The notes beneath the pieces are model-generated. The model did no database searches, was not told where the DNA came from, and was given only the letters and a program-made list of their open reading frames with translations. A program made the position numbers and the translations under genes. Shown piece after piece: positions 1-9,950 of a stretch of 64,000 nt of DNA (position 1 is its first letter; every line of letters begins with the position of its first letter). The DNA is from Pseudomonadota bacterium (lineage in GTDB: Bacteria > Pseudomonadota > Gammaproteobacteria > Burkholderiales > Rhodocyclaceae): assembly GCA_018240585.1 (NCBI GenBank), contig JAFEFM010000540.1, positions 5,198 to 69,197 of the forward strand. Direction: 5' to 3'.

Positions 1-1977
1 GCGGGCCGGGCGATCGGCAGCCTGCCGCCGCCTTCGCTGACGCTGCAGCAGGGACTGTGGCTGCTTGCCGCGGCCGGCGTCACACTTGCGCCTCACGCCG
101 GCTATCTGCCGTGGTGGATCATCGCCGCCTGCGCGTCCCTGCTGGGCTGGCGCGCGTGGCTGCTGTGGCAGCGCCGCCAGCCGCCGCACCGCCTGCTGCT
201 GTTGCTGCTCACGCTGGCCTGCGGTGTTGCGGTGCGACAGACATACGGGCACTTCTTCGGCAAGGATCCCGGCGTCGCGCTGCTCGCCCTGCTGCTGTGC
301 CTCAAGTTGCTCGAGATCCGCCGCTCACGGGATGTCCGCGCCGCCGTGCTGCTGTGCTTCTTCCTGCAGATGGCGGTGTTCTTCGAGGATCAGTCGCCGC
401 CGGTCGCTCTGGCGGCGCTGTCGGGCACGTGGCTTGCCGTCGTCGCGCTGCTTGCGCTGGCCGACCCGACCGCGGCGCACCGCGAACAGATGCGCACCGC
501 CGCGCTGCTGCTGGCACAGGGCCTGCCCTTCATGTTGATGCTGTTCCTGCTCTTCCCCCGCGTGCAGGGGCCGCTCTGGGGGTTGCCCGCGGATGCGGCG
601 AGCGCGCGCTCGGGCCTGTCCGACACGATGAGCCCGGGGTCCATCAGTGACCTGATTGCCTCACCCGACATCGCCTTTCGCGTCGAATTCAGCGGATCAC
701 CGCCCGAACCGTCGGCGCGCTACTGGCGCGGCCCGGTATTCACCCGCTTCGACGGACGCACCTGGCGAGCGGAACGACCCCTCGAGGCCAGCACGCCGTT
801 CTATACCCCATCCGGGCGCCGCTTCGACTACCGCATCACGCTCGAGCCTCACGACCAGCGCTGGCTGCTGGCGCTCGATTTCCCGGGTGCCGGTGCGGAC
901 GCTGGCGTGGGCCCGGTTCGCTTCACCAGCTTCGCGCAGGCGCTGCTGGCGCGCCCCCTGCAGAACCGCAGCCGCTTCGACCTCAGTTCCTGGCCTGACA
1001 CCACGACCGGCCTGCAGGACGCGCAAGCAACGCTGGCTGCTGCACTTGCCCTGCCAGACGGCGTCAACCCCCGCAGCCGCGACCTTGCCCGCCAGCTCGC
1101 GGCAGGCGCCGGTTCGGACGCAGTGATCTTGGAACGCGTCCTCGCCTACCTGCGCAGCAGCCGCCTCACCTACACGCTGAAGCCCCCTCTGCTCGGCCAT
1201 GATTCGGTCGATGAATTCCTTTTCGACGTTCGCCGCGGCTTCTGCGAGCACTTCGCGTCGGCCTTCACCGTGCTGATGCGGGCCGCGGGCGTGCCGGCAC
1301 GCGTGGTGGCCGGCTATCAGGGCGGCGAGATCAACCCGATCGACGGCCATCTCGTCGTGCGCCAATCCGACGCGCACGCCTGGGCGGAGGTGTGGCTTGC
1401 CGGGCGTGGCTGGGTCCGGGTGGATCCCACCGCGCTGGCTGCCCCTCAGCGCATCGAGGCCGGCCTGGCGGCCGCGCTGCCGGAAGGCGAGGCGCTGCCG
1501 CTGATGATGCGTCAGGATCTGGGCTGGCTTCGCAGCCTTCGTCACCGCTGGGAGGCGCTCGCCAATGCCTGGGATCAGCGCGTTCTTGGCTACAATCCGG
1601 AGAAGCAGCGAGAGCTGCTCGCGCGGCTGGGCTTCCGCGAGGTCGACTGGCCCCAGCTCGTCGCGATGATGTCGGGTGCTGGCCTGAGCCTGCTCGGCAT
1701 CCTGATGGCCTGGGCGAGCTGGCAGCGCCGGACGCGTGACCCGCTCGAACGAAGCTGGCAGACCTTCTGCAACCGACTCGCCCGCGCCGGTCATCCTCGG
1801 GCCCCCTGGGAAGGCCCGCGCGATTACGGCCGCAGGCTGGCCGCTGCCCTGCCCCGGCAGGCGGACGAGCTGCTGCGCCTCACCGAACTCTATGGGCGCC
1901 TGCGCTACGGCGCAGCCGCCGACCGCGCGGAGATCCGCGCGCTGAACCGACAGATACGCAAATTCGAACTGCAATGA
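1..1977 (+). CDS. tgpA: Transglutaminase-like membrane protein TgpA family (DUF3488 + transglutaminase core), 5'-partial
   Basis: Frame 1 is open from base 1. Multi-TM N-terminus; catalytic triad motifs GFCEHFASAF (Cys), DAHAWAEV (His), RVDPT (Asp). Confidence 0.85.
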   Translation, partial: AGRAIGSLPPPSLTLQQGLWLLAAAGVTLAPHAGYLPWWIIAACASLLGWRAWLLWQRRQPPHRLLLLLLTLACGVAVRQTYGHFFGKDPGVALLALLLCLKLLEIRRSRDVRAAVLLCFFLQMAVFFEDQSPPVALAALSGTWLAVVALLALADPTAAHREQMRTAALLLAQGLPFMLMLFLLFPRVQGPLWGLPADAASARSGLSDTMSPGSISDLIASPDIAFRVEFSGSPPEPSARYWRGPVFTRFDGRTWRAERPLEASTPFYTPSGRRFDYRITLEPHDQRWLLALDFPGAGADAGVGPVRFTSFAQALLARPLQNRSRFDLSSWPDTTTGLQDAQATLAAALALPDGVNPRSRDLARQLAAGAGSDAVILERVLAYLRSSRLTYTLKPPLLGHDSVDEFLFDVRRGFCEHFASAFTVLMRAAGVPARVVAGYQGGEINPIDGHLVVRQSDAHAWAEVWLAGRGWVRVDPTALAAPQRIEAGLAAALPEGEALPLMMRQDLGWLRSLRHRWEALANAWDQRVLGYNPEKQRELLARLGFREVDWPQLVAMMSGAGLSLLGILMAWASWQRRTRDPLERSWQTFCNRLARAGHPRAPWEGPRDYGRRLAAALPRQADELLRLTELYGRLRYGAAADRAEIRALNRQIRKFELQ

Positions 1978-3017
1978 AAAACTCCGTTCGCACCTCAATC
2001 GTCGCGTTCGCGCTCGTCACCGGCTCCTTCGCGACGGCCCTGCCAAGCACCGCGGAGGCGTCGTTCCTCGAGCAGGACGACGCACAGGCCTTCGTGCGCG
2101 AGATGGTCGAGAAGCATGGCTTCGACGCCGCGGCCGTCACTGCCGCGCTTGGCCTCGCCCAGCACGAACCGCAGGTGATCCGCCTCATCTCGCCACCGAG
2201 TCGCCCTGGCGTCCGCTCGTGGCAGAAGTATCGCGCGCGCTTCCTCGACCGACTGCGCATCGACGGCGGGCTGGCCTTCTGGGCGGAGAACGAAGCCGAC
2301 CTGCAGCGCGCCTCCGAACGCTACGGCGTGCCCATCGAGTTCATCGTCGCCATCATCGGCGTCGAGACCGTCTATGGCCGCAACACGGGCAATTTCGAGA
2401 CCTTGTCCGCACTGGCGACGCTCGCCTTCGACTACCCGCCGCGCGCATCGCTCTTTCGCCGCGAACTCGAGGCACTGCTGCTGCTCGCACGCGACCAGGG
2501 CCGCGCACCACAGAGCTTTTACGGCTCCTACGCCGGCGCGCTTGGCTATCCGCAATTCCTGCCCAGCAGCGTGCGCAATTTTGGCGTGGATTTCGACGGC
2601 GACGGCCACATCGACTTCGACGCCAGCCCGGCCGATGCGATCGGCAGCGTCGCCAACTACCTGCATGTGCACGGCTGGCGCAGCGGCGAGCCGGTCGCCG
2701 AGCGCGCGCGTTTCAGCGCCGTGGTGGATCCCGGACCGCTGGTGGCTGCAGGCATCGAGCCGAGCCTCGAACCCAGCGCGCTGGCCGACGCCGGCGTGAC
2801 GACGATCAGCGGTGCACCAGCGGCCGCCACCGCCACTCTCGTCGATCTCGTGACGCCGGGCGCGACCACCGAGTACTGGCTCGGCTACCGCAACTTCTAC
2901 GTCATCACGCGCTACAACCGCAGCAGCTTCTACGCGATGTCGGTATTCGAGCTGGCCGAAGCGCTGCGTGCGCGCCGCACCACCCAGCTCGCGCAACAGC
3001 CTGACGCCACCCGGTAG
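1974..3017 (+). CDS. mltB: Lytic murein transglycosylase B family (Slt35/SltB1-like; signal peptide without lipobox Cys)
   Basis: IIGVETVYG (catalytic Glu), GSYAGALGYPQFLPSS, DFDGDG EF-hand-like loop, YVITRYNRSSFYAM; ATGA overlap with the tgpA stop. Confidence 0.9.
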   Translation: MKNSVRTSIVAFALVTGSFATALPSTAEASFLEQDDAQAFVREMVEKHGFDAAAVTAALGLAQHEPQVIRLISPPSRPGVRSWQKYRARFLDRLRIDGGLAFWAENEADLQRASERYGVPIEFIVAIIGVETVYGRNTGNFETLSALATLAFDYPPRASLFRRELEALLLLARDQGRAPQSFYGSYAGALGYPQFLPSSVRNFGVDFDGDGHIDFDASPADAIGSVANYLHVHGWRSGEPVAERARFSAVVDPGPLVAAGIEPSLEPSALADAGVTTISGAPAAATATLVDLVTPGATTEYWLGYRNFYVITRYNRSSFYAMSVFELAEALRARRTTQLAQQPDATR

Positions 3018-3070
3018 TTCCCCGCGGGGCCGCCCGCCACGGCTGTGCCACCTGCAGGCGGGCCGACGAA

Positions 3071-3112
3071 GTGATGCGGGTCAAGGCGACGTGGCCGGGC
3101 AGCGCCGAGAAT
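3071..3112 (+). promoter_or_regulatory. Putative FNR/ANR-type box with downstream -10 (class II promoter)
   Basis: GTGAT-GCGG-GTCAA at 3071-3084 (reverse complement TTGAC-N4-ATCAC) and GAGAAT at 3107-3112. Confidence 0.5.
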
Positions 3113-3135
3113 CATGGCGTCGGGAAGGAGGCGCC

Positions 3136-3975
3136 ATGATCATCCAGCCGCTGTTCGATTCATTTTCGCCGCTCGCCGGCGCGGACATGCCATCCACGGC
3201 GCTTGGCCTGGTGCTCGCACTCGGGCTGGACCCCACCGCCAGCCTGCGACCGGCGCGCGTGGGCATGCGCGACATCGCAGCCGCGCTGCGCGAGGGGCAC
3301 GCGACATTTCGCGCAACCATTTCCCTGAGCATGGCCTGTGCGGCCCTCTTCGCCGTGGTCGGCGCCGTGCTTTTCCTGACGCTGGAGTGGCTGTCCATCG
3401 CACCGCTGAGCGTGTCCGCCGCCGGCGGTTTCGTGCTGATCGGGCCGGCCATCCTCGCCGGCTTCTTTGCCATCGCCGATCGGCACGATGCAGGCGGCAA
3501 GCCCGCGCTCGCGGACGTGTCGCGCGGCTTTCGCAGCCTGCCACGCGGCGGCTGGGTCGTGTCCTTCGTGTGCGCCCTGCTGCTGCTGATCTGGCTCACC
3601 GACGCGGGAACGCTATACGGCTTCATGGTCGCCCACTCGCCCCGCGGCTTCCGCGAATTCCTGCGCGGCGAAGCGGATGTCATGAGCTTTCTCGGCTTCA
3701 GCGCGCTGATGGGGGCCGGTCTTGCCTTCATCCTGTTCTGCGTCACGGCGTTCTCGATCCCGCTGATCCACGAACGGCGAGCCAACCTGGTGTCGGGGGT
3801 GGTCGCCAGCGTGCGAGCGGTATTCGGTCGCTTCCAGGTGATGATCTGCTGGGGCCTGCTGATCGCGGGCGTGATGCTGCTCAGTGCATGGCTGCTGCCG
3901 CTGCTGCTGTACTCGCTGCCGACGATGGCCTACGCGAGCCGCGCATTCTATCGCCGCGTGTTTCCGCCCGACTGA
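3136..3975 (+). CDS. DUF2189-like integral membrane protein
   Basis: AAGGAG RBS at 3125-3130 before ATG 3136. About 6 TM helices; motifs GPAILAGFF, FSIPLIHER, AYASRAFYRR. Confidence 0.7.
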   Translation: MIIQPLFDSFSPLAGADMPSTALGLVLALGLDPTASLRPARVGMRDIAAALREGHATFRATISLSMACAALFAVVGAVLFLTLEWLSIAPLSVSAAGGFVLIGPAILAGFFAIADRHDAGGKPALADVSRGFRSLPRGGWVVSFVCALLLLIWLTDAGTLYGFMVAHSPRGFREFLRGEADVMSFLGFSALMGAGLAFILFCVTAFSIPLIHERRANLVSGVVASVRAVFGRFQVMICWGLLIAGVMLLSAWLLPLLLYSLPTMAYASRAFYRRVFPPD

Positions 3976-4012
3976 ACGCCGCGGCTGCGGGAGCTTCCGA
4001 ACGAGGACGCGC

Positions 4013-4951
4013 TCAGAGCAGCGCGTCGCGGCCAATGCCACGACGCTTCAGGATGCGCCGCAACTGGCTGAGGGCCTCGAGCTGGATCTGGCGCACACGT
4101 TCGCGGGTGAGTTCGAGGCGCAGCGCGAGTTCCTCCAGCGTCAGCAGCTCGCATTCGTCGATGCCATAACGGTGCCGGATCACGAGCCGCTGTTTGTCGC
4201 TGAGCATCTTGATCCAGTCGCGCACGAGATGCTCGACCTCGGACGAGTGAATCTGAAGGTCGGGCGTCTCGACATGGTCGTCTGCCAGCGACTCGCCGAT
4301 CGACAGCGTCGGGTCGATGTCCAGTGGCGCATCGAGCGAGGCGGTGTGCTCGCTCAGCGCCAGCACCGCACGCACCTCCTCCACCGGCTTGTTCAGGCGC
4401 TGCGCGATGCCTTCCGGCGTCGACTCGCCATTTGAAGCAGCCTCCAGCGAACGCTGCGCACGCAGCACCTGGTTGAGCTCCTTCACGACATGGACCGGGA
4501 GCCGGATGGTGCGCGACTGGTTCATGATCGCGCGCTCGATGTTCTGCCGGATCCACCAGGTGGCATAGGTGGAAAAACGGAAACCGCGCTCGGGGTCGAA
4601 CTTTTCGAGCGCATGCATGAGCCCGAGGTTGCCCTCCTCCACGAGATCGAGCAACGGAATGCCGCGGTTAAGGTAATGCTTGGCGATATTGACGACCAGC
4701 CGCAGGTTGCGCTCGATCATCGTCTGCCGCGCAGCGAAATCGCCGCCGCGCACCTGCCTGGCCAGCCGCAGTTCTTCGTCGGGCGTGAGCAGCGGATTGG
4801 CGCCGATCTCGTTCAGATAGAGCTGCGTGACATCGCTGAGGAAGTCGTTCTCGACCGCCGGGCCCTGCTGCGGGCTGGCGAAGACTTCCACTTCCAGAGG
4901 AAGATCCGGCTCCTGACTTTCGAGATCGTCCAGATCGACCGGTTCTTCCAT
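4013..4951 (-). CDS. rpoS: RNA polymerase sigma factor RpoS
   Basis: Sigma70 regions ([44 protein letters not shown]); directly downstream of nlpD. Confidence 0.95.
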   Translation of the reverse strand: MEEPVDLDDLESQEPDLPLEVEVFASPQQGPAVENDFLSDVTQLYLNEIGANPLLTPDEELRLARQVRGGDFAARQTMIERNLRLVVNIAKHYLNRGIPLLDLVEEGNLGLMHALEKFDPERGFRFSTYATWWIRQNIERAIMNQSRTIRLPVHVVKELNQVLRAQRSLEAASNGESTPEGIAQRLNKPVEEVRAVLALSEHTASLDAPLDIDPTLSIGESLADDHVETPDLQIHSSEVEHLVRDWIKMLSDKQRLVIRHRYGIDECELLTLEELALRLELTRERVRQIQLEALSQLRRILKRRGIGRDALL

Positions 4952-4962
4952 CCGTCACTCCT

Positions 4963-5853
4963 TCAGCGCGCCGGGAGATATTTCATCGGATCGACCGCCT
5001 TGCCCTGTTTGCGGATCTCGAAATGCAGTTTGGGGCGATCGGCTTCGGTGTTTCCAAGTTCGGCAATTTGCTGCCCCTTGGCGACGACATCGTCCTCCTT
5101 CACGAGCAGCTTCTGGTTGTGAGCATAAACGGAGTTGTACTCTTGGTTATGCTTGATCACAACCAGCTTGCCGTAGCCGCGAAGGCCACTGCCGGCATAG
5201 ACGACCTTGCCCGCCGCGGAGGCGTAAACCGGGTCGCCAGGGTTACCGGAGATGTCCACACCCTTGTTCGTGCTTTCGTTGAAACCGGCGATCGGCTTGC
5301 CCTTCGCCGGCCAGAGCCAGTCGCCATTGCCCTGCGCCGGCCCCACCGCCGGGGCAGCGGGCTGCGCCGGCTGGGGTGCAGCGCCGGCATTGAGCTTCGC
5401 CCATGCGTCATCCGAATACGGCTGGCGCCCGCCGAGCGGCGCCTGCTTGATCGGCACCGAGGCACCTTCACCGCCAGTGGGCGCAACCGGCGTGACCGCG
5501 ACACCGGAGGGGGCGACCGGAATCGCGGTGGCGACTTCGCCACCCGCCTCACCCGTACCCGGCGGCAGGACGCGCAGGCTCTGCCCCACATGGATCTGGT
5601 TCGGATCGGTGAGGCCATTCCATGCAACCAGGTTCGGAATCGTCTGCCCATACTGGCGCGCGATGCCGATCAGCGTTTCGCCCGGACGGACGACGTGCAT
5701 TCCGGCCGCCTGCGGCGCGGCAGCAGAAGGCGGCGCCCCGCCATCGCGTACCGGCGCGGTGACGCGCGACGCGCAACCGGACAACATGAGGACGGCAATA
5801 AGCAGCGCGGCCGTCGTGTGCTTTCGTTTCATGAATCGATCGAAGTGTTTCAT
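4963..5853 (-). CDS. nlpD: LysM/M23 peptidase lipoprotein NlpD
   Basis: Lipobox LSGC, LysM ([13 protein letters not shown]), C-terminal M23 domain; surE-pcm-nlpD-rpoS synteny. Confidence 0.92.
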   Translation of the reverse strand: MKHFDRFMKRKHTTAALLIAVLMLSGCASRVTAPVRDGGAPPSAAAPQAAGMHVVRPGETLIGIARQYGQTIPNLVAWNGLTDPNQIHVGQSLRVLPPGTGEAGGEVATAIPVAPSGVAVTPVAPTGGEGASVPIKQAPLGGRQPYSDDAWAKLNAGAAPQPAQPAAPAVGPAQGNGDWLWPAKGKPIAGFNESTNKGVDISGNPGDPVYASAAGKVVYAGSGLRGYGKLVVIKHNQEYNSVYAHNQKLLVKEDDVVAKGQQIAELGNTEADRPKLHFEIRKQGKAVDPMKYLPAR

Positions 5854-6503
5854 TCCGTACCAGCAAGGAGCGGCACGAATCGAACCGCCTCGTGCCAGCT
5901 TTCCCTGAATATGTTTCCCTGTCGCTCGACGAGCAGCAGGCGCTGCTCCGCCGAACCTACCGGGACGATGAGACGACCGCCCGGCGCGAGTTGTTCCTTC
6001 AGTGCCTGCGGCAGGCCGATTGCGGCTGCAGCGACGATGATGCTGTCGAACGGTGCCGCTTCGGGCAAGCCCAGGCTACCGTCGGCAAGTTTCAGCCGTA
6101 CGTTGGGCAGTCTCAGCGGGCGCAGGTTGGCACGCGCCCGATCGAGCAAGGGCCGGATGCGCTCCACCGCATAGACCTCGTTGGCCAGTTGCGACAGGAC
6201 TGCTGCCTGATAGCCGCAACCCGCTCCGACCTCCAGCGTCTTGCCCAACTCGCGGCCCACGCGCAGCAACTCGATCATCCGCGCGACGACGAATGGCTGC
6301 GAGATCGTCTGCTGGAATCCGATCGGCAACGGCGTGTCGTCGTAGGCACTGTAAGCGAGCCCTTCCTCGACGAACTGATGACGCGGCACGCCCTGCATCG
6401 CAGCCAGCACCCGCTCGTCACGAATCCCCTGGACACGCAGGCGCTCGACCATGCGCGCACGCGCACGCGTTGCCTGTCCCGCGTCCGCACTGCGTATCGT
6501 CAC
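5850..6503 (-). CDS. pcm: Protein-L-isoaspartate O-methyltransferase
   Basis: [21 protein letters not shown]-binding motif, VRFVPL. Confidence 0.95.
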   Translation of the reverse strand: MTIRSADAGQATRARARMVERLRVQGIRDERVLAAMQGVPRHQFVEEGLAYSAYDDTPLPIGFQQTISQPFVVARMIELLRVGRELGKTLEVGAGCGYQAAVLSQLANEVYAVERIRPLLDRARANLRPLRLPNVRLKLADGSLGLPEAAPFDSIIVAAAAIGLPQALKEQLAPGGRLIVPVGSAEQRLLLVERQGNIFRESWHEAVRFVPLLAGTE

Positions 6504-7243
6504 AGCTTCAACCAGTCGTTGACTGGCCCGATGAGGCCAGTATGGGTCAGATCCAATTGCAGGGGCGTGACCGACACGAAGCCGTTGGCCACCGCGTGGA
6601 AGTCCGTCCCTTCACCCGCATCGGCTGCCCCACCCGCTGCACCGACCCAATACACCGTTTCGTTGCGTGGGGTCACGCTGCGCACCACCGGTTCGGCCTT
6701 GTGACGCCTGCCCAGTCGGGTGACCCTGATCTCCCCCAGGTTTTCGTAGGGAAGATCGGGCACATTGACGTTGAGCAACACCGGCTGGCGGAACGGAGCG
6801 CGCATGAAGCGCTCGGCAAGATCGCGCGCGACTCTGGCCGCCGCCGAGAAATCGGACGCCGACTTGCTCACCAGCGACACGGCAATCGACGGCACGCCGA
6901 GCAGAAACCCTTCGGTGGCCGCCGCCACAGTGCCCGAATACACGGTGTCGTCCCCCATGTTGGCGCCATGGTTGACGCCGGACACGACCATGTCCGGAAG
7001 GTGGTCGAGCATGCCGGTGACGGCCAGATGGACGCAATCGGTCGGCGTGCCGTTCACAAAATGAAATCCGTTCGCGGCGCGCCGCAGCGACAGCGGGCGA
7101 TCCAGCGTGAGCGAGTTGCTCGCACCGCTGCGATCGCGCTCCGGGGCAACGACCGTGACCTCGCCGAGCGTGCCGAGCGCTTCCGCAAGCGCGGCGATCC
7201 CCGGGGCGAAATAACCGTCGTCGTTACTGACCAGAATGCGCAT
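6500..7243 (-). CDS. surE: 5'/3'-nucleotidase SurE
   Basis: Starts [10 protein letters not shown] at 7243; [26 protein letters not shown]. Confidence 0.95.
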   Translation of the reverse strand: MRILVSNDDGYFAPGIAALAEALGTLGEVTVVAPERDRSGASNSLTLDRPLSLRRAANGFHFVNGTPTDCVHLAVTGMLDHLPDMVVSGVNHGANMGDDTVYSGTVAAATEGFLLGVPSIAVSLVSKSASDFSAAARVARDLAERFMRAPFRQPVLLNVNVPDLPYENLGEIRVTRLGRRHKAEPVVRSVTPRNETVYWVGAAGGAADAGEGTDFHAVANGFVSVTPLQLDLTHTGLIGPVNDWLKL

Positions 7244-7500
7244 TTCGAGTCCATGCAGAGCATTGACGAACACGGCGGATATGCAGATCCGCTCACTGAG
7301 AGGCGAAAATTCTAGCACAGGGAAACGAACTGTCCGGCGCGCCACCGCAGACAAGGGCCTGCGGGTCCTGCATTCGCCGTCTGCGTTGCTGCGCTTCCGC
7401 CCGTCGGCAGCGAGGCAGGCGGGCGCCGTCAGCGACACGCCCGTGCGCGAGGAAGGCGCCGCCTGTGAGGGGTCCCCTGCTCTGGCCGTTGCCAGCGGTG

Positions 7501-7530
7501 ATTTGAATCAATTATATTGTTCCAAATATT
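7501..7530. promoter_or_regulatory. AT-rich dyad element in the surE / antiporter divergent control region
   Basis: ATTTGAATCAATTATATTGTTCCAAAT: ATTTG...CAAAT outer arms and CAAT..ATTG inner arms in otherwise GC-rich DNA. Confidence 0.4.
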
Positions 7531-7623
7531 CCGAGCTCGACGCAGCTCGTATTTCCCAGCCGTCCCGCGCAAGGCGGGCGCGTGACGATCCTTCGACCGT
7601 CACCCCTAACTGGAACGCTTCCG

Positions 7624-8823
7624 ATGGATTTTCCTATCTGGCCCGACTGGCCACCCCGCTTCGGCGCACTCCTGCCGGTCGGCCTTGCGCTGATCCTGAC
7701 CGCCCTGGCTGGCGAGGCCAGCCGGCGCGCCAGGCTCCCGACGGTCAGCGGCTATGCAGCCGCCGGACTGCTGCTCGGTCCCGTGCTGCTCGGTTCCTTC
7801 GATGCGTCGGAACTGGCTGGCTATCGCAGCGCACTCGAGCTGTGCCTGGCGCTGCTGCTGTTCGAGCTGGGCATGCGCCTCGACGTGCGCTGGTTCAGCG
7901 CCAACCCGTGGCTGTTCGCGACCAGCCTGGCGGAGATCGCCCTCAGCTTCCTGCTGACGTTCTCCGCCCTGCAGGCAATCAGCGGCGACACGATGCTCGC
8001 CCTGGCCATCGCGGCGATATCGGTCGGCACTTCGCCGGTGGTCGTGATGCGGGTCGTGGCCGAACAGCGGGCCAGCGGACAGGTGACCGATCGCCTGCTG
8101 GCGCTGTGCGCCCTCAACGCAGCGGCATCGGTCGTGCTTCTCAAGCTCGTGATGGGCGGGTTGCATGGCGTCCATGGCGGCGGAGGCATCGCGCTGCTGC
8201 ATCCGCTCTATCTGCTCGTCGGCTCCATCGTGGGCGGCATGCTGATCGCCGCCGCATATGCCGGATTGCGCAAGATCGTCGGCGCCGAATCCGAGCAGGG
8301 CCCTGCAGCGACCATCGCCCTTCTGGTCGTGGCCGTTGCGGTGCTGCACGCACTCAGGCTGCCGCTCGCACTCGCGCCATTGATCGGCGGCGCACTGGTG
8401 AGATGGCTCGACCCCCGGCCCCATCTGTGGGCTTCACAGTTCGGCAGCGTGACCAGCACGCTGGTGATCGTCGCCTTCATCCTGGCTGGCGCGACTGCGA
8501 ACCTGAGCCACCTGGCTCTGGGCGCAGGCCTTGCCCTCGTGGCGATCGCCGCACGGGCCCTCGGCAAACTCGGCGGCACGCTCGCCTTCGGCGACCGCAG
8601 CGGTCTGGATCGGTCCAGGAGTTTCGCGCTCGGCATGGCGCTGATGCCGCTTTCCGTGCTGGCCCTGCTCCAGGTCGAGGACGTCCGCCAGGTTTTTCCG
8701 GAATTCGGCGAGCGCATTCAGGCAGTCGTGCTCGCAATGACGGCGGTACTGGGCGCGCTCGGCGCCATCGCCACGCGCTGGGCGCTGTTGCACAGCCGTG
8801 AAAGTCGTATCGGAGACAGGTGA
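7624..8823 (+). CDS. Cation:proton antiporter (CPA)-fold membrane protein, no RCK/KTN domain
   Basis: About 12-13 hydrophobic segments; [15 protein letters not shown] and ARALGK match CPA-family motifs. Start MDFPIW chosen at 7624. Confidence 0.8.
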   Translation: MDFPIWPDWPPRFGALLPVGLALILTALAGEASRRARLPTVSGYAAAGLLLGPVLLGSFDASELAGYRSALELCLALLLFELGMRLDVRWFSANPWLFATSLAEIALSFLLTFSALQAISGDTMLALAIAAISVGTSPVVVMRVVAEQRASGQVTDRLLALCALNAAASVVLLKLVMGGLHGVHGGGGIALLHPLYLLVGSIVGGMLIAAAYAGLRKIVGAESEQGPAATIALLVVAVAVLHALRLPLALAPLIGGALVRWLDPRPHLWASQFGSVTSTLVIVAFILAGATANLSHLALGAGLALVAIAARALGKLGGTLAFGDRSGLDRSRSFALGMALMPLSVLALLQVEDVRQVFPEFGERIQAVVLAMTAVLGALGAIATRWALLHSRESRIGDR

Positions 8824-9950
8824 TGAGACTCGAATCGTTCGCGCCATCACGCGCATTGTCCATCGGCGTGGAACTGGAGCTGCAACTGGTCGGCACCCAT
8901 GATTACGATCTCGCGCCGGTGGCGGAGGACTTGCTGCGCGCGTTGTCACGCACCGAACTGCAGGGTGACATCAAACCCGAGATGACCTGCTCCATGATCG
9001 AGCTGTCGACCGGGGTCTGCGACCAGTACGAGACGATCTGCGCGCAGCTCGAATCCCTGCGCGACGCGCTCGGGTCCGCAGCGCGCCGGCTCAATGTGGG
9101 CATCTGCGGTGGCGGCACCCACGCCTTCCAGAACTGGGGCGAGAGGCGCATCTTCGACGGCCCCCGTTTCCAGTATCTGTCCGACCTCTATGGCTACCTC
9201 GCCAAGCAGTTCACCGTGTTCGGGCAGCACGTGCATGTCGGCTGCCCCAGCCCCGACATCGCGCTCTACCTGCTGCATGGGCTTTCACGCTATATCCCGC
9301 ATCTGATCGCGCTGTCCGCCTCCTCGCCATTCGTCCAGGGACAGGACACCGGGTTCGAATCCGCGCGGCTCAACTCCGTACTCGCCTTCCCGCTTTCCGG
9401 CCGCGCACCCTTCGTCGACAACTGGCGTGATTTCGAGCGCTACTTCGAGAAGATGGCCAGCACCGGCGTGGTCAGCAGCATGAAGGATTTCTACTGGGAC
9501 ATCCGCCCCAAGCCCGAGTACGGGACGATCGAGATCCGCGTCATGGATACCCCGCTGACGGTGCAGCGGGCAGCCGCCGTGGCCGCCTACATCCAGACCC
9601 TGGCACGCTATCTGATGATCGAGCGGCCGCTGCGGCTCGCCGAGGACGATTACCTCGTCTACACCTTCAATCGTTTTCAGGCCTGCCGCTTCGGCTACCA
9701 AGGCGTCTATGTGCACCCGGAAACGCACGAGCACACGCCGATCGCCGAAGCGATCGCATCGAGCATCGAATGCATCGAACAGCACGCCATCGAGCTCGGC
9801 ACCGACGCAGTGCTCGCCGGTCTGAGGGCCGACGCGCTCGCCGGCCGCAACGACGCCCGCTGGCTGCGCGCGCAGCATGAGGACGGGGCGCCGCTGGCCG
9901 AAGTGGTGATGGCCCAATGCACGCGCTGGGCGCAGGGAGGCGCGATGTGA
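8823..9950 (+). CDS. ybdK: YbdK/GCS2-family carboxylate-amine (glutamate--cysteine-type) ligase
   Basis: [45 protein letters not shown]; TGATG overlap with the upstream stop. Confidence 0.88.
   Translation: MRLESFAPSRALSIGVELELQLVGTHDYDLAPVAEDLLRALSRTELQGDIKPEMTCSMIELSTGVCDQYETICAQLESLRDALGSAARRLNVGICGGGTHAFQNWGERRIFDGPRFQYLSDLYGYLAKQFTVFGQHVHVGCPSPDIALYLLHGLSRYIPHLIALSASSPFVQGQDTGFESARLNSVLAFPLSGRAPFVDNWRDFERYFEKMASTGVVSSMKDFYWDIRPKPEYGTIEIRVMDTPLTVQRAAAVAAYIQTLARYLMIERPLRLAEDDYLVYTFNRFQACRFGYQGVYVHPETHEHTPIAEAIASSIECIEQHAIELGTDAVLAGLRADALAGRNDARWLRAQHEDGAPLAEVVMAQCTRWAQGGAM

Noticed and set aside
7470-7500. TGGC...TTGC upstream of the antiporter as a sigma54 promoter
   Set aside because: TGGCCGTTGC has the GG and GC elements too close for -24/-12 spacing.
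7244-7623. Second copy of the tRNA-Pro 3' end that would delimit a complete island
   Set aside because: I found no such direct repeat and no integrase, so no intact mobile element is claimed.
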